A stretch of DNA of 64,000 bases from Octopus sinensis (taxonomy: Eukaryota). The position numbers and the translations under genes were made by a program. Shown piece by piece: positions 11,278-64,000 of this stretch. Under the pieces are notes generated by a model, which was given only the letters and a program-made list of their open reading frames with translations, searched no databases and was not told the origin of the DNA. Numbering within the stretch: position 1 is the first letter of the stretch; every line of letters begins with the position of its first letter. The DNA lies in contig NC_043001.1 of NCBI RefSeq assembly GCF_006345805.1, positions 116,684,001 through 116,748,000 of the forward strand. Direction: 5' to 3'.

Positions 11278-14055
11278 ACACCTTCTTCATCGACAAAGAA
11301 GACATCAGTGGAAAAACTATTGGAATCGTTGGAAAGCAATGTTGGTTACATATGTGATGGTTCGTGATGCTACTAGGTCCATTGCCTCCCACTTCCTCAG
11401 GGTTGGCACCCTCAACGTTGGCACACTGAAGGGCAGATCTGGTGAGATCGTCGAATTGCTTGGACGGAGGTGTGTAGATATATGCTGTATTCAAGAGGTG
11501 AGGTGGAGAGGAGGTTCTGCTAGGTTCCTCACAAGTAAAGGACAGAGGTATAAGATTTTCTGGGCTGGGAATACTGAAGGGGTCGGAGGAGTGGGTATGC
11601 TTATTGCCGAAAAATGGGTAGATAAGGATATCGAGGTAGTCAGAGTATGTGACAGAATACTGAAGATTAGATTAGTGCTCCATCATAGTTTAGCAACTAT
11701 TATATCGGCCTATGCCCCTCAGCCAGGGTTACCCGATGGACAGAAAGACCGTTTCTATGACACCCTACTGCAGACCACCTCATTGATGAACAACAGGGAC
11801 CATCTCTTTGTGGCTGGTGACTTCAATGGGCATGTTGGACGATATGCTGAGGGCTTCTATGGCGTTCATGGAGGCTATGGTTATGGTTCTCGCAATGAGG
11901 AGGGAACCAGGCTGCTGGAGTTCTGTGATGCGAATAGTCTTATGGCTTGCAACACTAACTTCAGGAAACCGACAAGCCACTTGGTCACCTACCGTTCGGG
12001 CCAGCATATTAGCCAAATCGACTACATCCTTGCCAGAAAAAGAGAAAGATGGCTGCTTATAAAATGCCAAAACCTTCCCAGGCGAAGAATGTACCCCACA
12101 ACATAGAATGGTAGTCAGTGACTTTAGGATCAGAACTAAGAGGACGACTAGAAGACGACCAACATGGAGAAGAAGGGTCTGGAAGCTTAAAGACCCTGCA
12201 AATGGACAGAGATTTAGAGACATGTTACTTGAAGCCTTCGACGAAATAGAAGGGGGTATAGCTACACATGGGGTAGAAGATAACTGGGCGCTTCTAAGGG
12301 ACAACCTGCTGAAAGCCACTGACCAGATCTGTGGCTGGTGCAAAGTCCCCACAAGACCCAAAATAACGTGGTGATGGAACAATACTGTTGACAGGGCTAT
12401 TAGACAAAAGAAACAGGCTTGGAAGGACTGGAAGAACAGTGGTAGCAGGGAAGTGTATCAGACTGCAAGAAGGGAAGCTAGGAGGCAGGTGTATTTAGCC
12501 AGAGGGGAAGCAGATAAGAAAAAATTTGCCAATGTCCTGCGCTGTGAGGATGAAAGACTTGAGGTATTTCGTATAGCAAGACAGTGTGTGAGAGAGAATC
12601 GTGACGTGGTAGGAGAGAAATGTGTTCGCAAAGATGATGGTTCACTTGCGCTAAATGAGGATGCAAAGAGAGAGGTTTGGAGACGCCACTATGAAAGGTT
12701 GCTGAATGAGGAAAATGAATGGGACAAAGAGAGTCTGCCGAATGTTGACCCAACAGAGGGACCAGCAATCCGAGTTGACAGCTCCTTAGTAGTTAAGGCA
12801 ATTACAAGCATGAAAACAGGGAAAGCCCCAGGCCCATCAGGAATTACTGCAGAGATGCTCAAAGTTTAGAGAGCTCTTACCCCTGCTGGTGACAAAAGGC
12901 CTTTCGCTCAAAGTAAAAGGCAGACTGTATGATGCATGTGTACGTACAGCCATGCTACATGGTAGTGAAACTTGGGCTGTGACTGCTGAGGATTTGCGTA
13001 AGCTCACAAGAAATGAAGCTAGTATGCTCCAATGGATGTGTAATGTCAGTGTTCATAATCGACAGAGTGTAAGTACCTTGAGAGAAAAGTTGGACCTAAG
13101 AAGCATCAGTTGTTGTGTGCAAGAGAGACGTTTGCGCTGGTATGGTCATGTGACGAGAATGGCTGAAGATAGTTGTGTGCGAAAGTGCCACACCCTGGCA
13201 GTTGAGGGAACCTGTGGAAGAGGTAGACCCAGGAAAGCCTGGGTCGAGGTGGTGAAGCACGACCTTCGAACTTTAGGTCTCACCAGGGAAATGACCAGAG
13301 ACCGAGACCTATGGAAGTATGCTGTGCGTGAGAAGACCCGGCAAGACCGGTGAGAACAGTCAAAATCAAAATCAAACCAAATCAATTCATATATCAGAAA
13401 GCAGAACCAAAATTGAGGTCGATCAAGATCAGTCGGAATTGCAGCTGTGGTTAAGCGAACCATCCGATCATGGTCGTTGCCGGCGCCGCCCCGTCTAGCC
13501 TCCGTGCCGGTGGCATGTAAAAGCACCATCCGTTCGTGCCCGCTGCTAGCCTCGCCTGGCCCCCGTGCCGGTGACACGTAAAAGCACCATCCGTTCGTGG
13601 CCGTTTGCCAGCTCTGTCTGGCCCCTGTGTCGGTGGCATGTAAAAGCACCATCCGTTCGTGTCTGTTGCCAGCCTCGCCTGGCCCCCGTACCGGTGACAC
13701 GTAAAAGTACCATCCGTTCGTGGCCGTTTGCCAGCTCTGTCTGGCCCCCGTGTTGGTGGCACGTAAAAGCACCATCCGTTTGTGTCCGTTGCTAGCTTCG
13801 CCTGGCCCCCGTGCTGGTGACACGTAAAAGCACCCTCCGTTCGTGGCCATTTGCCAGCTCTGTCTGGCACCTGTGCGGGTGGCACGTTAAAAGCACCCAC
13901 TACACTCTCGGAGTGGTTGGCGTTAGGAAGGGCATCCAGCCGTAGAAACACTGCCAGATCTGACTGGGCCTGATGAAGCCTTCCAGCTTCACAGACCCCA
14001 GTTGAACTGTCCAACCCATGCTAGCATGGAAAACGGACGCTAAATGATGATGATG
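11278..14055 (+). mobile_element. RTE-clade LINE with internal deletion of the RT core; APE domain, C-terminus, 3' UTR tandem array and (GAT)n tail
   Basis: ORFs 11270-12106 (LNVGTL, CIQEVRW, SAYAPQ, GDFNGHVG, QIDYIL), 12108-12869, 12889-13353 (RLRWYGHV, GRGRPRK); jump from AEMLK to FRELLP near 12865. Confidence 0.9.
13504..13900 (+). repeat. Tandem array of 61/62-bp units (123-bp dimer) in the RTE 3' UTR
   Basis: Unit starts at 13504, 13565, 13627, 13688, 13750, 13811, 13873. Confidence 0.85.
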
Positions 14056-14956
14056 ATATATAATATAAATTAGAGAAAAAACCCCACTATTATGCAATTC
14101 AAACAATGATTAGACATAAACCAAATCATAAATAAAAAATAAAATTTTTTTTTTTAAAGTATAAAAAGGAATAATCAATATATAATATTATTTATATTTG
14201 CTTATTATATATTGATTATTCCTTTTTAGACTTTTTGTGATCTAGTTATATGTTTTAAAAAAATATATTTTATTTTTTATTTATGATTTGGTCTATAATT
14301 GTTTGAATTGCATAATAGTGTTTTTTCTCTAATTTATATTTTACATATTGTGAAATTTGATTTAATACCAAATTGAATTTTTCCATATAAGTTTGGAGTT
14401 ATACTCCCTAATATTGTTATTATTATTATTATTATTACTATTATTATATATATATATCCTGTTTTTCTTTTGATAAATATACCCTATCACCTACACCACT
14501 AACTGGCATATACAGGTGCTTACAGTTATCAAGTATCCACCCTGAATTTTTTTGGTTGGCGTTAGGAAGGGCATCCAGCTGTAGAAACACTGCCAGATCA
14601 GACTGGAGCCTGGTGCAGCCTCCTGGCTTCCCAGACCCCGGTCGAACCGTCCAACCCATGCTAGCATGGAAAACGGACATTAAATGATGATGATGATGAT
14701 GATATATAAAGTATAGGAAAGAATGGAGCTGAATGAAGATTTAACAAAATAAAATAAAATAAAGGAATTTTGTTAAATCTTCGTTCAGCTCCATTCTTTC
14801 CTATACTTAATATATAAAACTTCAAATTTCCGCACTAAGGCACGGATTTTATGCCCTATGGTCGTAACTTCAACCGTGCCCTTTCTGTTGTGAGTTTGCT
14901 ACCCAGGTATCGGTTATCTTTCGAATTATCCGTAATAAGATAATTCATTGTCTACT

Positions 14957-14991
<35 letters not shown>

Positions 14992-15591
14992 ATGTTTAAA
15001 AAACACTTTTAGAAAGCATTCTTGATACTGTTACAATATTTGAAGAAAGATTTTCTTAAATTAAAAATTATTAATTATATAAAAAATCTTTAAAACAACT
15101 GAATAACATAAATCTTTTGGAAAGATGTGTTTGTTACGTGTAAGTGCTTCCAATGTTTACAGCTTTTCAAACACATGTTACTGAGTAATATGCATAGAGT
15201 AAGTTCTTTTCCTCTAAAATGGAATATTCTGAATTTTTTATTTGCACAAATGTCTAAGAGTTCACTTCATGGAACCTTTCTTAAAGATGAATCTTTGATT
15301 TGTGCAAAGGAGAATTCAAAATATTCCCTTTTCTTCAAAATAAAGACAGTTAATGATCAACTAGAAAAGATAGAAGAAGGATTCTTTATAAGAATTCTAA
15401 TTTCAAAACTAAACTCACTGCTTTAAAACACAATTTCCTCTATACAGATTATCCCAACACTTATTTGAAAAGCTGTAATCAGCAAAAGTGCTTACACATT
15501 ATGAATGCTTCTTTCCAAAATATTTGTGTCATTCGTTTAAGATTTTTTTAATATAATCAATAATTTTTAATTTAAGAAAATCTATTTTCAA

Positions 15592-15623
<32 letters not shown>

Positions 15624-15885
15624 ATATATCAGCATAAATATTCACTGTTTTGTTTTTAAAAGAATTACAGAATTAGTTGAGGATCACATATGTAGAATCT
15701 GAAAGCAAGTAACTAGAATATTTGGGTTGAAAATTCATATAAACATATGGACAATATGCACTCAAACACACAAAATATGCTTGGACAATTGAAATGTACA
15801 CGTATATATCAGTATGTATGTGTGTGTGTGTGTTTGTGTGCGTGTGCATGAGTGTATGCATATATGTTTGCGTGTGTGTGTATGC

Positions 15886-15918
<33 letters not shown>

Positions 15919-16579
15919 CACAAACACAGATATATAGATATATATATATAGAAGGGAATCTTTTGAGAAGTAATCACATTAAAAAGACTGTGACAGACAC
16001 TCAAGATGATATACCAAAGTGAAAAATAAATAAACTCTAAGTGTGTATATTTGTTGCATCTGAGTAAGTAGGCATGCACTAAAATACGTATTTTTTTTAT
16101 TGATATATGTCATCAAAGAAATGTTTACACATGAACTGGTGATAAAAAGTGTGTTTGTGTGTGAGTATGAAAATATGTAATCAAATGAGTGTGCATGCAT
16201 ATATATGCAAAGGAGCGATAGTAAAGGTGTTTGCCAATGAACGTGATTGAATGTATGCATGCACATATGAATGGAAATGAGAAATGGTGTGTATGTGTAT
16301 GCATAAGTGGTTATATATGCTTGCGGTCGAAATGAGGAGAGCAACAAGATTAAAAGTTGCATTTTTGTGAGTGTGTATCCATGTATATGAAACTTTGTTT
16401 TTATAAGAATGTGTGAATGCGAGTGTATGAGTAACTTTCAATTAAAAAAAAACAGTTTTTAAAAGTATAGTTAAATTTACAGATTGTAGCCTGTATATAA
16501 ATCCAGTCAAAAGAACCCAAGCCTCTGAATAGGAGTATGTTACATAACCCCTAAACACACAAGTTTTCAATTTGGTCCC

Positions 16580-60033
<43,454 letters not shown>

Positions 60034-61063
60034 CTGAAAATATGGAAAAATTAAATTTAAATAATCACACAGGGGTCAAACAGAAACGTTCTGGAATCAT
60101 AATGTCTTTAAAAAATCCTGAAGTATGATAATAACAAATTTTTACCCAGCCCACCAGTTATTTGTTAATCACATTTTTTTTTTATATCAGTGGACATAAA
60201 AATTTGTGGGTGCTGGTGCCAAGTAAAAAGCACCAAGTACATTCTATAAAGTGGTTGGCATTAGGAAGGGCATCCAACTGTAGAAATAAACCAAAACAGA
60301 CTATGGAACTTGGAGCAACCAGTTCCTGTCAAGCCACCTAACCCATGCCAGCATGGAAAACTAATGTTAAATATTGATGACGATGATGATGTGGTTGATA
60401 GTGAATACTTGCTACCACTGCTACCAATGATGTGCAAATATGCAGAAATCCTGGGACCTAGCAATTCCACCACTACTGTTTGACACTTTTCATTGGCTAC
60501 TGATACTCCTTTGTATTACACTTCTACACAAGATGCTTTCTTAAAACAAATATTGCCATATTGTGGCTTTCTTATTATATATCCATGTTAAGTAGGATAA
60601 ACAGATTGCTGTTTGGAACAAAGACTGCTTCTATCACTTATAATGAATAAAATATGGTGTTTTATTTTTTGCACAACATGCTATAAAAAGGTAATTAAGT
60701 CAGTTTAATTAATCTTAGTAATCACAGGCTTTATTAACACAACTTGCATGGTACCCTCGAATATCTACAAAAATCCAAGAAGGCAGCATGCGTAAAAACA
60801 AAAGAAAGAGTAAGAAGTGAACAAAACTATATTTATTAGTACTTTTCTTCATGACTGCAGGCTATTGCTAGTGTTTTGAATTAGATATGTGTTTAATGTC
60901 TAGATTTCATTCATTCATACATACATACATATAGTCGAAAAAAGATTAGAGACCTATACAAATCAAATTTTTATATATAAAAGATGGAGGTGGAAATAAT
61001 AGAGAAGTAAATCTAAGACATTTCAATTTAAGAGGGAATTTAATTAAAAATTATATAAACAAA

Positions 61064-61100
61064 ATATTACCGGTTTCATGTGTCCCATCTTATCAAATAT
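61064..61100 (-). ncRNA. Degenerate minimal hammerhead motif
   Basis: atat-TTGATAA-gatgggacacat-GAAAC-cg-GTA-atat; palindromic stem III ACCGGT. Confidence 0.45.
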
Positions 61101-61255
61101 ACTCTTTTTTATTATTTTACACATTTCAGTCATTTGAAAGCAGCTATGCTGGGGCACCGCCTTTACTAAAAGAAATTGACCCTAGGACTTATTCTATTGG
61201 CCTCTTTTGCCAAACCGCTAAGTTTCAGGGACATAAACACAGACACAAAGGCATA

Positions 61256-63095
61256 ATCATCATCGTTTAACGTCCGCTTTCCATGCTAGCGTGGATTGGA
61301 TGATTTGACTGAGGTCTGGTGAACCAGATGGCTGCACCAGACTCCAGTCTGATCTGGCAGAGTTGCTACAGCTGGATGCCCTTCCTAACACCAACCACTC
61401 CTAGAGTGTAGTGGGTGCTTTTACGTGCTACCGGCACGAGAGCCAGTTAGGTGGTACTGGCAATGGCCATGCTCAAATGGTGCTTTTTATGTGCCACCTG
61501 CACAGGAGCCAGTCCAGCAGCACTGGTAACGACCTCGCTCGAATGTTTTCTTTTACGTGCCACCAGCACAAGTGCTAGTAAGGCGATGTAGGTAACAATC
61601 ATGCTCGAATGGTGTTTTTAACATGCCATCAGCACGGAAGCCAGCTTGTTGCTCTGGCAATGATCTCACCTGTATGGTACTCTTAGCGCTCCACTAGCAA
61701 CGGATGCTAGTCACTGAATTTGATTTCGACTTCGATTTCGATTTCACTTGCCTCAACTGGTCTTCGCAATCGAGTTTGATTTAGATTTCACTTGCCTTAA
61801 CAGGTCTTCGCAAGCAGAGTGTAGTGTCCAATGAAGGAAAGGCATGCATAATTGGACTGGTTACACCCCTGGCATAGGCCACAAGGTTATGGTCTCACTT
61901 GTGCTTGCTGAGAAGTTTATGGTCTCACTTGCACTTGCTGAGAAGGTTATGGTCTCACTTGCGCTTGCCAAGTCTTCTGAAGCACAGCATATTTCCAGAG
62001 GTCCCGGTCACTAGTCATTGCCTCGGTGAGGCCCAATGTTTGAAGGCCATGCTTCACTACCTCATCCCAGGTCTTCCTGGGTCTACCTCTTCCACAGGTT
62101 CCCTCAAACGCTAGGGTGTTGCACTTTTTCACACAGCTATCCACATCCATTCTTGCCACATGACCATACCAGCGTAGTCATCTCTCTTGCACACCACATC
62201 TGATGCTTCTTAGGTCCAACCTTTCTCTCAAGGCACTAACACTCTGTGAAGTGTGCACACTGACATTACACATCCATCAGAAGATGCTGGCTTCATTCCT
62301 TGAGAGCTTACGCATGTCCTCAGCAGTCACAGCCCATGTTTCACTGCTGTTCGTACACATGCGTCGTACAGTCTACCTTTTACTCTGAGCGAGAGGCCCT
62401 TTGTCACCAGCAGAGGTAAGAGCTCTCTGAACATAGCCCAGGCTATTCTTATTCTAGCGCACCCTCCCCCGCTACTGACTTGGTCACCTAGGTAACGGAA
62501 GCTATCAACTACTTTTAGTTTTTCTCCCTGGAATGTGGCGGAAGTTGTTCTCTGCACATTTTCAGTGTTATTTACAGCTCCCGAGCATCTGCCACATACA
62601 AAGGCTATCCTCCCAGTTAGCTTTCCTTTGATATTGTTGCACCTCTTATGTGTTCATAGTTTACACTGGGTTCATCTTACAGAGTTTCTACCTACGCCTT
62701 TTCTACAGATCGAGCAGGGCCATCTACCTGAAGGGATTTGTGGTTTGCCTGCCTTCCTACTGATTAGGACTTTGGTTTTAGCTAGGTTGACTCTAAGGCC
62801 CTTCAATTCTAATCCTTGTTTCCACATTTGAAACTTCTCCTCTAGTTCTGATAGTGACTCAGCAATTAGAGCTAGGTCAACAGCATATAGAAGCTCCCAG
62901 GGGCATCTTGTCTTGAATTACCCCGTTATTGCCTGGAGGACTATGATAAATCGGAGGGAGCTAAGGACTGAACCTTGGTGGACCCCTACCTCTACCCGGA
63001 ATTCTTCACTGTACTCGTTGCCAACCTCCACCTTACTGACAGTGTCCCTGTATATGGCTCTCACTAACCATTCATCTATCCCTAGTTTCCTCATT
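61256..63095 (-). mobile_element. 5'-truncated RTE-clade LINE (RT C-terminal half, 3' UTR, GAT tail) inserted in a family B SINE
   Basis: GVHQGSVLS, WELLYA(V)D, GLRVNLAKTK, FRYLG, GRGRPRKTW; in-frame stops present. Confidence 0.9.
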
Positions 63096-63496
63096 GGACA
63101 CACACACATAAATGTAAGAACATATACACGAGGGGCTCCTTTCAGTTTGCATCTACCAAATCCACTCACAAGGCTTTGGTCGGCCTGAGGCTATAGTAGA
63201 AGACACTTGCCCAAGGTGCCATGCAGTGGGACTGAACCTGGAACCATGTGGTTGGAAGCAAGCTTCTTACCCCTTGACCCCCAGATAGAAGACAAGCTGT
63301 TTTTACTTAAAATTTATATAAATTTTTACTGATATTTAGTAAGATGAGATACATTGAAACTGGAAATATTTTCTTTAGATAATTTTTTATTAAATTCTCT
63401 CTTAAATTGAAATGTCTTAGACTTACTCCTGTGCTATTTCCACCTCCATCTTTTATATATATATAAAGAAAAAGAAAGTATTTCAAACAATCTATG

Positions 63497-63534
<38 letters not shown>

Positions 63535-64000
63535 CATGCATGTGTGTGTGTGGTAAACAGTAGAATCCCAGGAAATTAAAGAGTCTGCATCAGCAAAGCA
63601 TTCAAACAGTGGAATATTGTAACAATCACCACCACCACCACCACATACATTGTAGGAACTGAACCAAAACCAACATTCATGAAATACAAGTCTTCACGGG
63701 GTCGCTCGACCTGCTATAAATAGCAGCTAAATCTCCTATAAATCCCAATTTACTTTCTTAAAAAAGTGAGGGGACATTTTTTAAAATTATTTGTCTCAGT
63801 CTTGAAGTGGCTTCCAGCCATGGCCTTCACAAACCCTCACAATTTTAACAGTTGGAATGTCTTTCGATCACAGACCTGTTCCATCAAAGCCGAAGTGGGG
63901 GCAAAACAACAAATTTGGGATACAAAAGTAAAAATAAAGTGAAGGATAATGATAATGATGTTGATCTGCAATGGTTATATAAAATAAGAAACACACCATG

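Noticed and set aside
13146-14014. Long minus-strand ORFs (234 and 187 aa) and a CRISPR-like periodicity
   Set aside because: They are translations of the 61/62-bp tandem array in the RTE 3' UTR. Units are homologous along their whole length, with no unique spacers and no cas genes.
14524-14541. 18-nt minus-strand segment bounded by ttcag and gtaag (micro-exon-like)
   Set aside because: No polypyrimidine tract, abuts an RTE tail, and no gene context.
60034-64000. Search for the first coding exon and promoter of PAXIP1
   Set aside because: No segment resembling the N-terminal BRCT1 strand with a donor site was found; probably outside the window.

Overview
Eukaryotic, AT-rich, repeat-dense genomic DNA. 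The SINE and LINE content is typical of an Octopus (coleoid cephalopod) genome; this is an inference, not a database result. The one host gene I can support is PAXIP1/PTIP (six-BRCT scaffold) on the minus strand. I reconstructed 19 coding exons from 60033 down to the stop at 16580. All have GT-AG boundaries and consistent phases, giving 2973 nt (990 aa plus stop). The first coding exon was not found and probably lies beyond the window. One intron (50324-51489) has textbook U12-type signals. The rest is mobile DNA: three tRNA-derived SINE families, RTE LINEs and many RTE 3' tails, an L1/Tx1 fragment, mariners (one with an uninterrupted DD34D ORF), an internally deleted Gypsy element, a non-autonomous Helitron, and pogo/piggyBac-type MITEs. 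The most unusual signal is a set of fold-back (inverted-duplicated) elements, several embedded in (TA)n tracts. Four of them carry divergently oriented minimal hammerhead ribozyme motifs of the Penelope type. The clearest is a perfect 69-bp-arm hairpin at 10723-10864 with a complete type I hammerhead motif on each strand. Other leads are a PHD-like finger inserted inside the RTE reverse transcriptase, a D-box-like motif in the PTIP linker, and inverted repeats around exons that could be ADAR or back-splicing substrates.
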